A DNA stretch of 64,000 bases from a virus. Numbering within the stretch: position 1 is the stretch's first letter; each line of letters begins with the position of its first letter. Positions 40,627 through 50,107 of the stretch are shown piece after piece. The stretch lies in IMG/VR virus record IMGVR_UViG_3300045412_000261, positions 78,582 to 142,581 of that record. One strand, written 5' to 3'. The notes under the pieces are model-generated. The model did not search any database. It saw only the letters and a list, made by a program, of their open reading frames with translations, and was not told where the DNA came from. The position numbers and the translations under genes were made by a program.

Positions 40627-41201
40627 ACAACAGGATCATAAGTCTCTGTTTCTTTAGGATTTCTTATTTTTTTGGAAAGAGGTATAAAGAATTTGTCTTC
40701 CTTACCATCTATATCTTTTGACAGGTCATAAATATTTCCCATGACTTCAAAAGGGCATATTAAATCAGTTAAATCTTCATTAGAGAAATTATGTCCTATT
40801 ATTTTTTGTATCTCCTTTAGTTTATCTTTTGTTATGTTACTAATGATATTTAATCTTTTGAGTTCTTGGTATCTATATAATGGATAGTCCCCGCAGAAAA
40901 ATTGTAAAGTGATTGGATTCCATCTTACCCTTTCTAGCTTTATATATAGCTTGTAATCATCACCAATAAATCTACTAAGTATGTTATCATTTTCGTAGAT
41001 TCTATTCCCTAAAGAGTCCCTAAAGCCAGTCCATGCATCACAGGATTCGAGAGAAAATCCTCTATGTGTTCCTGTATAAACATATCCTAAATCCTTATTG
41101 TCATTATCAAATATGTTCTCAAATACCTCAATGATTTCTCCTTTTTTTAATTCAGCAAAACTTTTTTCCGCTCTAAATCTCAGTCTAAAAATAGTCTCCA
41201 T
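40623..41201 (-). CDS. YopX family protein
   Basis: LRFRA, WTGFRDSLGNRIYENDNI, FEVMGNIYD; start moved to ATG 41201 because the longer ORF overlaps the promoter. Confidence 0.75.
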   Translation of the reverse strand: METIFRLRFRAEKSFAELKKGEIIEVFENIFDNDNKDLGYVYTGTHRGFSLESCDAWTGFRDSLGNRIYENDNILSRFIGDDYKLYIKLERVRWNPITLQFFCGDYPLYRYQELKRLNIISNITKDKLKEIQKIIGHNFSNEDLTDLICPFEVMGNIYDLSKDIDGKEDKFFIPLSKKIRNPKETETYDPVV

Positions 41202-41235
41202 AGTGTGTTCGTGTTTTAAATAGTAATAATAAGCG

Positions 41236-41267
41236 CAAATATAATAAAAACAATCCACTTACGCAAC
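41236..41267 (-). promoter_or_regulatory. Bacteroidota-type promoter
   Basis: TATATTTG (-7) with TTG about 20 nt upstream. Confidence 0.65.
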
Positions 41268-41315
41268 TATTTTTTTAATTTTTACGTTAAATAATTGTTT
41301 ATAACATTGTATATC

Positions 41316-41993
41316 ATGATTATATCTCACAAATATAAATGTATCTTCATAAGAATTCCAAAGACCGGTTCAACTAGTGTAGAGACATATTTAAAAGAAG
41401 TTGACCCGGATTGTATTTCATCAGGGGATAAACCTCCGTATGGGCACGACACATGTTCTCAATTACTAGAACAGCATGGTCATACAATATGGAACTCTTA
41501 TTATAAATTTACTTTCATTCGAGAGCCTTATCAGTGGTACAAATCCTACTACTCGGATCTTTTGAATTATTCATGGGATAAAGATAGTGAACTAGCAAAA
41601 AAAAGTTTAGGTTTAATATTGACAGATGATAATACTTTACCCGAACCTGTTAATTACACATTATATGAAAAGCACATAATTATAATTCAATTACTCAATG
41701 ATTTTTGGTTTTATCCTACTATAAATGAAAATATAATGGATAGTCATGTAACTCAAGTATCTTGGATAGATAAACCCATTAATTTTATTGGAAGAACAGA
41801 ATTTTTAGATGAAGATTTTAGGGATATATGTAATAAATTAAGTATTCCATTTACAGAATTAAAAAGATTGAATACATCAGATTCACATAAATTAAGTCAT
41901 AGTGAAGGATCTAAAAGACTGATAAAATGTTTAGCGGAAAAAGATTTAGAATTATACTACAATCTAAAACCTTTAACAAATAATCGTTATTAA
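41316..41993 (+). CDS. Sulfotransferase family 2 protein
   Basis: FIRIPKTGSTS (5'-PSB loop), FTFIREP, FIGRTEFLDEDF. Confidence 0.8.
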   Translation: MIISHKYKCIFIRIPKTGSTSVETYLKEVDPDCISSGDKPPYGHDTCSQLLEQHGHTIWNSYYKFTFIREPYQWYKSYYSDLLNYSWDKDSELAKKSLGLILTDDNTLPEPVNYTLYEKHIIIIQLLNDFWFYPTINENIMDSHVTQVSWIDKPINFIGRTEFLDEDFRDICNKLSIPFTELKRLNTSDSHKLSHSEGSKRLIKCLAEKDLELYYNLKPLTNNRY

Positions 41994-42058
41994 TGTGTAA
42001 TTATACAAAAGAGTAAGTTTATAGCAAAATAACACTATTTATAATAAAAGCAAATATT

Positions 42059-42337
42059 ATGGGAAGACCTAAAAAAACAGAAGTAGATTCTAAAATAGAG
42101 AATCCGGAAACAAAAAAACCGAGAAAAGCATCTACTAAATCTAAAGAATTTATGGATGCCTCAGGTTTTAGAACTACAATACCTCCAGGGGATGCTTATA
42201 AATTAAAAATGACTACTTCAGAAGGTGAAAAAATTATTATTAGCGAAAATTTGTCACAGATAGTGGATGCGATAAAAAAATTAAAACAAGATTTTAAAAA
42301 GGTTAAAATAGATTTTAGTAAAGTTATTAAGACTTAG
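42059..42337 (+). CDS. Small basic protein
   Basis: MGRPKK start; preceded by TATTTAT motif. Confidence 0.65.
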   Translation: MGRPKKTEVDSKIENPETKKPRKASTKSKEFMDASGFRTTIPPGDAYKLKMTTSEGEKIIISENLSQIVDAIKKLKQDFKKVKIDFSKVIKT

Positions 42338-42432
42338 CCTAGAATGATTAATGAGAATCTCGGTAAATCTATATTATATAAATTAAAAGATGCTACACTA
42401 AATTTTTTAGATGTTTTAAAAAATAGTTTTAC

Positions 42433-42942
42433 ATGAGTGGTATTATTATTACTGATTATTTGAGGAGGTATTTACGAAAAGATTTAGATAATTTTCATAA
42501 GTATTTACAGATTATAGCGGAAGAAGGTGCTGATTATAGTGATAGATTAATTCGCCGCAGGGATAAACTACATTTAGATGCAATTAAAGGATTGTTTGCA
42601 TTTGTTGTAGATTCCAAAACATTTAATGATATTTCTTCCGCAGATAGAATATATTTTTTAATTGATGCCATGTATTATTATTTTCCATTCGGAAGACATG
42701 AAAAAATGAGAAAAGATGAAGCATTCATTTATGATGTGTTTATAAAAGAATGTAGAAAAGAAGATGTATTAAGAAGACAAGAATATGAGAAATGGTTAGT
42801 TAAAAAAAAGGGCGGGGATTATTGGAAATGGATGCACCAGATATTAGGAGCTGATTGGGAAGAATCCAAAAAAGAATCAATGAAAATGAAAAAAGCATAT
42901 AAAGAAAGAGTTAAAAGAAAAGAATTAAGAAATGAATCTTAA
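42433..42942 (+). CDS. Hypothetical protein
   Basis: 169 aa ORF. Confidence 0.65.
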   Translation: MSGIIITDYLRRYLRKDLDNFHKYLQIIAEEGADYSDRLIRRRDKLHLDAIKGLFAFVVDSKTFNDISSADRIYFLIDAMYYYFPFGRHEKMRKDEAFIYDVFIKECRKEDVLRRQEYEKWLVKKKGGDYWKWMHQILGADWEESKKESMKMKKAYKERVKRKELRNES

Positions 42943-42957
42943 AAATAAATAAACAAC

Positions 42958-43275
42958 ATGAATTATAATGATGAAGATTTTTTAAGAAGAATAGTAGGAG
43001 TAGGAACATTAGGATACTCATTAGAAAAAATAATAAATGTATTAGACATTCCTACATCTGAAATAACAACATTTAGCAACGAATTTTATAATAAAAATAG
43101 TGAAGTATATAGAGCATACAAAAAAGGAATAGATAAAGCAGACTACGTCATAGACATGAAACTATTTGAAGAAGCTAAAAGTGGAAACATAAGAGCTTTA
43201 AAAAAATATGAAGAAAGAAAAGATAAAGAAATATATAGACAAAGAAGAGCACAAACATTAAAAGATGAAGAATAA
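42958..43275 (+). CDS. Helical protein resembling terminase small subunit-like proteins
   Basis: VYRAYKKG...LFEEAKSGN..A pattern; adjacent to ParB-N genes. Confidence 0.4.
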   Translation: MNYNDEDFLRRIVGVGTLGYSLEKIINVLDIPTSEITTFSNEFYNKNSEVYRAYKKGIDKADYVIDMKLFEEAKSGNIRALKKYEERKDKEIYRQRRAQTLKDEE

Positions 43276-43879
43276 TATTGAATATATAGATGTAAATAGA
43301 TTATCGGAGAATCCAAGAAATAGTAAAATACATCCGGATGAGCAGATAGGTAAATTAATGAAGAGCATTACAGAGTTTGGGTTTAACATTCCCATTCTCA
43401 TTGATAAAAAAAACATGATTATTGCTGGACATGCTAGATTTACAGCAGCTAAGGCATTACATATAGAATCAATCCCATGTATCCGCATTGAGAATTTAAC
43501 AGATGATCAAATAAGAGCTTATTCCATAGCAGATAATAAATTAACAGAATTAGGGGAATGGGACTACACAAAACTAAGCGATGAATTAGAATATCTCAAT
43601 TCTATTGACATAGATGCAATGGCCATGGGATTTGATTATGAAGATTTTGAAATGCTTAATGAATCTTTTCAAAATGATACTGACATCTTATCCACAAATA
43701 AATCTGAATCTTCTCCTGCATCTAAAAATAAAAAAAGCATTGTCTTCTCATATAACATAGAAGATTATACAAACATGATGAAGAAATTCAAGACAGTAAT
43801 GAATGAGAACGACCTAAAAGCTAATTCTGAAGTTATAAGATTATTGATTGAACATTACAATGAAAGACATCATGAGTAA
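43265..43879 (+). CDS. ParB/Srx N-terminal domain protein
   Basis: NPRNSKIH...SITEFGF..PILID...IIAGHAR...ADNKL. Confidence 0.85.
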   Translation: MKNNIEYIDVNRLSENPRNSKIHPDEQIGKLMKSITEFGFNIPILIDKKNMIIAGHARFTAAKALHIESIPCIRIENLTDDQIRAYSIADNKLTELGEWDYTKLSDELEYLNSIDIDAMAMGFDYEDFEMLNESFQNDTDILSTNKSESSPASKNKKSIVFSYNIEDYTNMMKKFKTVMNENDLKANSEVIRLLIEHYNERHHE

Positions 43880-44450
43880 ATTAAATATAGAAATTGTCAA
43901 AATAGATGAAATAAAAGAATCAAATTATAATTCGAGAATACACAGCGAAGTTCAAATAGAGAAGATTGCCAACAGTATTAATGAATTTGGTTTTGTTAAT
44001 CCCATTATTGTAGATGAAAACAATGAAATAATAGCTGGACATGGTAGATATAGAGCAGCACTATTTAATAAATTAAAAGAAGTTCCTATTATACGTCTAA
44101 TCCATCTCACCGAAGATAATAAGAGAGCATTTATCATAGCGGATAATAAAATAGCGCTTTCCGGAGAATGGGATTATGATATGTTGAAAGATGAATTTGA
44201 TATTATACTTAAGAGTGAAATGGATATTGACTTGTTAGGATTCAATAAAAAGTTTATAGATTCAATGTTTAAAGAAAAAAATCCGGATGCTTTAGTTGTA
44301 CATAAGTTAAAGACATTGAAAATAAATTTCGATGCTGACGATTATGATACTACAATTGATTCAATAAATGATATTATGGATAAAGAGGGTTGCGTAGATC
44401 ATGAAGAAGTCTTAGTTAGATTACTTGATTTTTATTTAGCAAAAGCATAG
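43872..44450 (+). CDS. ParB/Srx N-terminal domain protein (paralog)
   Basis: NSRIH...SINEFGF.NPIIVD...IIAGHGR...ADNKI. Confidence 0.85.
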   Translation: MSKLNIEIVKIDEIKESNYNSRIHSEVQIEKIANSINEFGFVNPIIVDENNEIIAGHGRYRAALFNKLKEVPIIRLIHLTEDNKRAFIIADNKIALSGEWDYDMLKDEFDIILKSEMDIDLLGFNKKFIDSMFKEKNPDALVVHKLKTLKINFDADDYDTTIDSINDIMDKEGCVDHEEVLVRLLDFYLAKA

Positions 44451-44456
44451 TACAAT

Positions 44457-44579
44457 ATGAAATTATCCGATATAAAACCAAATCCTAAGAATCCGCACAC
44501 AATATCAGAGGAAAAATTAGAAAAATTAAAAAATAGTATTGTAGAAATGCCCAAGGGTCTTTCTATAAAGCCAAAGTAA
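44457..44579 (+). pseudogene. Truncated third ParB-N gene
   Basis: MKLSDIKPNPKNPHTISEEKLEKLKNSIVEMPKGLSIKPK* stops before the GH.R motif. Confidence 0.7.
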
Positions 44580-44581
44580 TT

Positions 44582-45172
44582 TATATAAAAAATAGAAGAA
44601 AAGTTTTTTTGGACTTTTACGAATTTCACTTAAAAAACAAGGCTCACGCAGGAGCCATATATTATGCATTTCCATATATTTTTGAATCATTAAATATGAG
44701 TATGAATCAAAAACTTTGGTTCTCCTTTATAAATGGATGCACTTAGAATGTAGTAAGTACTTATTTAATATATAAAGAATTCCTAGACTTAGATAATATA
44801 GATGTATTTAAATTATATGATTTTTTTAGAAAAAATTATACTAAATTTGGCTAGGATATAGATAGAAGATATGCAAAAAATAAATTTGAAGATTGTATAA
44901 AAAATTATATAAAAAAACAGAATAAAATAGCAATTTTTGAAGGTGATAGATTTTCTAATTCAAAATTTATAAATAAATCTAACCCGTGTATCCTTAAGAT
45001 ACTAGGAGATGGAGAAAAAGGAAGAATTATAAGAAAAAGTAATCAATCCCTTAGACATATAAAAAGTATATCTACTAGGGTGAACAATATAAAAGCACAT
45101 AAAAACTTTAGTAATTCATCAGATTTTTAATTCTATATACAAAATTTAATTTCAGAAATAGAAAATAAATAA
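44582..45172 (+). pseudogene. Fused remnants of an aGPT-Pplase2-like DNA base-modifying gene and a P-loop (5hmdU-kinase-like) gene
   Basis: One frame reads RRKVFLDFYEFHLK...LWFSFINGCT*N...FG*DIDRRY...IFEGDRFSN...GRIIRKSNQS; in-frame stops at 44744, 44852, 45128; no start codon. Confidence 0.65.
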
Positions 45173-45190
45173 TACTTATATAAAAAAACT

Positions 45191-45556
45191 ATGATAAACG
45201 AATATATTGGATTTTTACTACATTCTAGTACCCAAACAAGAATTTATCATTTACAAACATCATCTTACGCAAAACATAAAGCCTTAAATAAATATTATGA
45301 TACTATTTTAGACCTCGTAGATTCTTTGGCAGAAGCATATCAAGGTAAATATGGTATTATAAAAGATATTAAAGTGCCTGGAAGTATCAAAAATATAGAA
45401 ACAGATGATGATATTGTAAAATATTTTGGAACTCTATCCAATTATGTAGATAATAAAGTTAAAGACTTACCCGAAGACACATATCTTAGAAATATCTGTG
45501 ACGAAATAGCAAGTTTAATATACCAAACGACTTACTTACTTAAGAATCTTGATTAA
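45191..45556 (+). CDS. Ferritin/Dps-like four-helix protein (DUF5856-like)
   Basis: HLQTSSYAKHKAL..YY...D.LAEAYQGKYG...NICDEI..L...T.YLL. Confidence 0.7.
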   Translation: MINEYIGFLLHSSTQTRIYHLQTSSYAKHKALNKYYDTILDLVDSLAEAYQGKYGIIKDIKVPGSIKNIETDDDIVKYFGTLSNYVDNKVKDLPEDTYLRNICDEIASLIYQTTYLLKNLD

Positions 45557-45791
45557 ATAGGGATTCATAGTAGTGGCTACCTCTACCATCCCCTGTTTTA
45601 CCATTTTCATAAGCATTTTCAATCATTTCTTTTTCTTCTGGTAGTTTTTTATAAATCAAAGCTATTAACTCTAATAGTACATCTAATCTACCTAAATAAA
45701 AAGAAGGATTATTAGACACTTCCGATAATGTATTATATTGGTCTTTCTTTTTTTCCGCCCAATATAAAATATGTTCTAAAGGTGTTTCCAT
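45540..45791 (-). CDS. Hypothetical protein
   Basis: 83 aa; EKEMIENAY..G...YY pattern common in small phage ORFs. Confidence 0.65.
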   Translation of the reverse strand: METPLEHILYWAEKKKDQYNTLSEVSNNPSFYLGRLDVLLELIALIYKKLPEEKEMIENAYENGKTGDGRGSHYYESLFNQDS

Positions 45792-45805
45792 AAAAAAATA
45801 AATGT

Positions 45806-45834
45806 AAAAGGCCCGCTAAAAGCAGGCCTTTTTT
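45806..45834. terminator. Bidirectional intrinsic terminator
   Basis: AAAAGGCCCGC-TAAAA-GCAGGCCTTTTTT. Confidence 0.7.
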
Positions 45835-45835
45835 G

Positions 45836-46270
45836 TTATTTAAATTTAAATTTGCTAGCATAACCACCTTGTTCCAGGAAAAATGAGAACCCACTAATTT
45901 CTATTGGAGGAGATGTGATAAAAGCATCACAGAAACCAACTCTCTTTAATTTTTCTAAATCGATAGCAGCTTTGCCATAAGAATTATACATACGAGCATA
46001 GTAGTAATAATTCTGAATCCCTAATTTTATTTTAATTATTTCTGGACCTGACTTTATGGATCTGTCATATAGTCCAACTCTAATCATGTAAATAGGAACT
46101 TCGTATGTGTCCATTTCTATACTGCAAGGAGCTGGAGCTCTTTTTTTGTATTCTATGGTTATACAAATAATACTGTCAATTGATTTTCTAACAGGGTTGT
46201 TGAAATTGTAATACTGGGAAAAACCCTTTAAACTCAACAACAAAAACATAAAAACAAATACTTTTTTCAT
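45836..46270 (-). CDS. Exported protein with SPOR-like domain
   Basis: Signal peptide MKKVFVFMFLLLSLKGFSQ; Y.IRVG.Y...Y.SY.KA...L.KLK..GF.DAFI. Confidence 0.55.
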   Translation of the reverse strand: MKKVFVFMFLLLSLKGFSQYYNFNNPVRKSIDSIICITIEYKKRAPAPCSIEMDTYEVPIYMIRVGLYDRSIKSGPEIIKIKLGIQNYYYYARMYNSYGKAAIDLEKLKRVGFCDAFITSPPIEISGFSFFLEQGGYASKFKFK

Positions 46271-46271
46271 T

Positions 46272-46565
46272 TTAGTTATTTTTTAACATATATAAATAAG
46301 CGTCATAAAAATTCGGCACTTTTTTTTCTATACAAACGTAAGAACCAGACGAATAAGAATTAATAACATCTTCTTTTGATTCCCAATTTTTATCTCCCCA
46401 TCTTTTTGCTAATCCGGTTAATTCTTCAATCCCTCCCCATCTTGTTGTTTTAGGATGGCCTTTTGCGTTCTCTGCTTCAAATATAAATGTTTCTTCTGCT
46501 AAATAAGACGTAGAGACAATGATAAATTTAGGTAAATCCCTTTTTAAATTTGGTGATTGTAACAT
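46272..46565 (-). CDS. Hypothetical protein
   Basis: 97 aa ORF in operon. Confidence 0.6.
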   Translation of the reverse strand: MLQSPNLKRDLPKFIIVSTSYLAEETFIFEAENAKGHPKTTRWGGIEELTGLAKRWGDKNWESKEDVINSYSSGSYVCIEKKVPNFYDAYLYMLKNN

Positions 46566-47047
46566 AATAAATTTAAGTTTGTGAATTTATAACGGTCTTT
46601 TACTTTTAGAGAACTGTCTATAAATAGACGAAGATACTTTGAATCAAAGAATAGTAAATCGTCTATATCGTTTGGATTCTCTGAATCTAAATACTTGAAA
46701 TCAAAAATGACTTGTTCAACTTCTCCATGCTCATCTAAATGTATTTCGCTATCATACCAGCCTGTAGGAGGATATAGAAAATATACATTCTCTATTTTAT
46801 CCGAAACAAGTCCAATTTTTTTAATTCCTTTCTTGTCAAACTCATTTTGCTGAATTATCTTAGCATCTTTTCCCGGGTAAACTAAAGATTCTATTCTTAT
46901 TTCTCCATCTATTTTATGCATGATTTCATCAAAAATTATAGTCTTATCATAATTTTCCTTACCATACAGATTTTTTCTGAATACAGAAGCATACTCTTTG
47001 CTTCCTATAACTCCTTCAATGTAAAAAATACCTTTAGATCTTTTCAT
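46544..47047 (-). CDS. Hypothetical protein
   Basis: 167 aa ORF in operon. Confidence 0.65.
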   Translation of the reverse strand: MKRSKGIFYIEGVIGSKEYASVFRKNLYGKENYDKTIIFDEIMHKIDGEIRIESLVYPGKDAKIIQQNEFDKKGIKKIGLVSDKIENVYFLYPPTGWYDSEIHLDEHGEVEQVIFDFKYLDSENPNDIDDLLFFDSKYLRLFIDSSLKVKDRYKFTNLNLLCYNHQI

Positions 47048-47897
47048 AACTTCCGTCTAATCCTATTTTTGTGATAAATAATGTTTTAAAATTGTTCTGC
47101 AAAGATAAAGAAGTTTTATCAAAAATCCAACCTTTATTCGAGAAATGTTTTTTTAATTTTCGTAGACTAGTAAATACAGATATAATATCTCCGTTATTAT
47201 TTGTCACAATAAACGCTTCTTCTTTTCTTTCCAAGAGTTCTAAAGATTTCTTAAAAGGATTACCTGGCATGTTTTTTACTTGTTCCAACATATCTGCAAC
47301 TAAATCTCTAGTTTCTTTTTGAACATCTTTCTTAATTCTCAATTTAACTAAGTGTATAAAAGCTAAAAAACTCATAGTCCAAATAAAGGTGGTCTCCAAA
47401 GATAGAGGAAGTATCGACCTAGCCTGTTCTTTACTTACTCCTAATTCAATTAACTCTTGATAAGCTGTTTTAGCATTATCTATTATATCATCTTGAATAA
47501 TATTAGCTATTGTGTTACTTGTTTCATCTAAATCTTCACCACTACCTTGCTTTGAATCTTTTGACTGTAATCTAAATGTTTGAATAGCATAATAAAAATC
47601 AGAGAAATCTACATATCTTCCTGATATAGAATTTACAGACATATTCTCTATTGGTAAATTAACTTCAACGCCAATTTCATGCTTTCTTAGCTGCCTTTCT
47701 ACATATAGTGGACACGATATCCTAAATTGCAATTGCGCATGTCTAAAGGGAGATACATGCCCTTCTTCCCATAAAAACTCTAATAAATTTTCATTTTGGC
47801 TATCTAGATAATTTGAAGCATCTTTGTCATAAGAAACTCTAGCAACATTAGCAATCTTAAGATCACTTCCCATAAAATCAATTAATTCTGCTTTCAT
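47034..47897 (-). CDS. thyX: FAD-dependent thymidylate synthase
   Basis: ARVSY, HVSPF, RQLRKH...NSISGRY, EQARSILP, LR....QKE.R motifs. Confidence 0.9.
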   Translation of the reverse strand: MKAELIDFMGSDLKIANVARVSYDKDASNYLDSQNENLLEFLWEEGHVSPFRHAQLQFRISCPLYVERQLRKHEIGVEVNLPIENMSVNSISGRYVDFSDFYYAIQTFRLQSKDSKQGSGEDLDETSNTIANIIQDDIIDNAKTAYQELIELGVSKEQARSILPLSLETTFIWTMSFLAFIHLVKLRIKKDVQKETRDLVADMLEQVKNMPGNPFKKSLELLERKEEAFIVTNNNGDIISVFTSLRKLKKHFSNKGWIFDKTSLSLQNNFKTLFITKIGLDGSYEKI

Positions 47898-47955
47898 TGG
47901 TTGAAACTTTTTAGTAAACTAAATTTTGTGTAATAAACCAATTAAGTTTATTGTG

Positions 47956-47986
47956 CAAATATAACTATATTATTTTGTATTTCAAC
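47956..47986 (-). promoter_or_regulatory. Bacteroidota-type promoter for thyX operon
   Basis: TATATTTG with TTG about 19 nt upstream. Confidence 0.6.
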
Positions 47987-48690
47987 ATTAATTTGAACAA
48001 TTCTTCACTTCCATCTCCATCCGACGGATAATGAACTCCTGATAACTCTCTAACATCTTTTATTTTATTGTAGAGATTTACAAAATATTTTCTAGATGAT
48101 GGTTTCAATTTCATTAATTGGTAAATCATAACTAGGAAATCCATGGTATGCCCTGAAGGATAGGCAGCTGAATTTGCATCTGTTCTAGTTATAGGATGCA
48201 GCTTAATACCATACTCTCCGGCTAATTCGTTTGGCCTAGGTCTATTGAAGTAATCTTTAAGGTAGTACACTATAGGAAAAGCCTCATCAGACCAAGAGTT
48301 AACTTTTTTCCGGTCTACACCTTTAATACCCAATTTTTCCGCCGTTTTCACGAAGAAATCTAAATGATGATGCTCCATATAAAAACACATACTTCTTTCT
48401 TTATCCGTAACATTATCAGAAATTTTTTTAAGATGTTCAAGTTCATTCCTTGTGGTATCGGAAGAATTCTTTGGAGGATGGAACTTTTTTATAAATTCGT
48501 CTATCATACCAGAATCTTTTGCTTTTTCAAGAGTTCCGTATTCATCTTTCTCAATCTTTCTTACATACTCTTCTGGTTGATTTCCAAATTTAACCGAGTC
48601 TATTTTCTTAGAATCCATAATATCTTTTAAATAAATATGATTTTTTTGTAAAAAGGACTCATACTTGATTATTTTATTTGTCCTTTTCAA
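47965..48690 (-). CDS. PAP2-superfamily phosphatase
   Basis: K.YFNRPRP, YPSGH, RELSGVHYPSD. Confidence 0.85.
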   Translation of the reverse strand: MKRTNKIIKYESFLQKNHIYLKDIMDSKKIDSVKFGNQPEEYVRKIEKDEYGTLEKAKDSGMIDEFIKKFHPPKNSSDTTRNELEHLKKISDNVTDKERSMCFYMEHHHLDFFVKTAEKLGIKGVDRKKVNSWSDEAFPIVYYLKDYFNRPRPNELAGEYGIKLHPITRTDANSAAYPSGHTMDFLVMIYQLMKLKPSSRKYFVNLYNKIKDVRELSGVHYPSDGDGSEELFKLMLKYKII

Positions 48691-48898
48691 ACTGATTTGT
48701 CACCTCTATATTTATAGGATTGTCTAGGATAATTCTTAACATGACATAGAATCCAAAAGATTGAAGGAAAGATAAATCTTTTAATTCAAAATAATCAGCA
48801 ATTGAAAAATTCCAACATACCATAACCATTAAAGACCCAATACAATTTGTTATTAAGAAAAACAATAAAACTAATAAATTAACATAAACTTTTCTCAT
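48674..48898 (-). CDS. Small membrane protein
   Basis: Two hydrophobic helices. Confidence 0.65.
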   Translation of the reverse strand: MRKVYVNLLVLLFFLITNCIGSLMVMVCWNFSIADYFELKDLSFLQSFGFYVMLRIILDNPINIEVTNQFEKDK

Positions 48899-48922
48899 AT
48901 TTTGTGATATAATTGTGATTGA

Positions 48923-50056
48923 TTAGTGTGAATCCCCGACATTATTTTTTTCACTGTATATTAAATAATCTGGGTTTATTACTTTAGCTACTTTCGATCT
49001 ATTTCCATCAACAGCTTTTATAACAATACCTTCGTGAGGAACTTTAGTATTGTTTATAAAATTATTGAATACAAATGAATTTTTTATTTCTTCTGAGTAA
49101 AGTCCTTTATATAGGACTTCAACATAAGGTAATTTTAAATATTTTTCAGTTACATGTTTAGTAGCAGATAAATTTAAATATTTTTTATCTAATTCGATAT
49201 CAAAAATACAAAGTTGTATGTCATCTAATCCGTACTCATAATTTTTTTGGATTCCTTTTCCGTATATTTCACCATATATTATAAAACCGGTCCCTATGCT
49301 CATTTCACCTATTCTAGAATTTTTATTAACAAGGTTCCATAGTTTACTTTTGATATCGTATTTTGTTTCAATATCATACCAAATATTAGTATCATAAAAA
49401 CCTTGGCTATCAGATCCTTTTTCTACATTATGAGAACCTACTACGAATTCGTATTCATCCAAACCTAGTTCAAAACCAAAAAACTTTTTAATTTTATTCC
49501 ACAAGGACAACTTACTCTTTTTTACAATTCCATATCTTGCGTTTGTTCCATGTATTTTTCTAGTGATTTCTACATAATCATTTTCGTCAAAAATATTGGG
49601 AACATTTTTAAAATTGGGGAATTTATAATAAATAGGAAAATTTGGATTTTCACAGTATTTTATTTTTTTTCCATTTGACAAGTTAATCATTTTAGCTGGA
49701 GGCTCATATTTATATATTTTAAGAACATCCATTACATCTTCTCCATCTTTCTTATTGCATTCTGGAATCAAGTCAATAGGCATAATTAAGCAATCACTAT
49801 AAACACCTCTTAGCTTAATTGTCCTAACCCTTTCTTTGTTACGTAGATAATTGGTTATATCTAATTTCTCTGAAATTTCTAAAGGTATCATAGCATCTGT
49901 AATAGCACAAATAACTAAATCTCCAATTGAGTGAGAACCTTTTTTTATAATACAGTTCCAGCCGTTTATAGTAGCCAATTCTATATTATCAGCATCCGGA
50001 ATAGATTGAATATCATTTATCACGGACACGAAACAAACACTATTTTCATTTTTCAT
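48923..50056 (-). CDS. RNA ligase, DRB0094 (Rnl5) family
   Basis: N-terminal IPDADNIELA...RVRTIKLRGVYS; KIHGTN, GEIYG, FDI, EGIVIK, KVINPDY. Confidence 0.85.
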   Translation of the reverse strand: MKNENSVCFVSVINDIQSIPDADNIELATINGWNCIIKKGSHSIGDLVICAITDAMIPLEISEKLDITNYLRNKERVRTIKLRGVYSDCLIMPIDLIPECNKKDGEDVMDVLKIYKYEPPAKMINLSNGKKIKYCENPNFPIYYKFPNFKNVPNIFDENDYVEITRKIHGTNARYGIVKKSKLSLWNKIKKFFGFELGLDEYEFVVGSHNVEKGSDSQGFYDTNIWYDIETKYDIKSKLWNLVNKNSRIGEMSIGTGFIIYGEIYGKGIQKNYEYGLDDIQLCIFDIELDKKYLNLSATKHVTEKYLKLPYVEVLYKGLYSEEIKNSFVFNNFINNTKVPHEGIVIKAVDGNRSKVAKVINPDYLIYSEKNNVGDSH

Positions 50057-50075
50057 AAACTATGATTTAATGGCA

Positions 50076-50107
50076 CAAAGATAAGCAATTATTTCGTAAT
50101 TTCCAAA
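50076..50107 (-). promoter_or_regulatory. Bacteroidota-type promoter
   Basis: TTTG-N20-TATCTTTG. Confidence 0.75.

Noticed and set aside
44582-45172. TAG recoding (alternative genetic code)
   Set aside because: One TAG sits at an expected Gln but the other at an expected Trp, there is also an in-frame TAA, and TAG ends normal genes (e.g. 28461, 44450). Pseudogenisation fits better.
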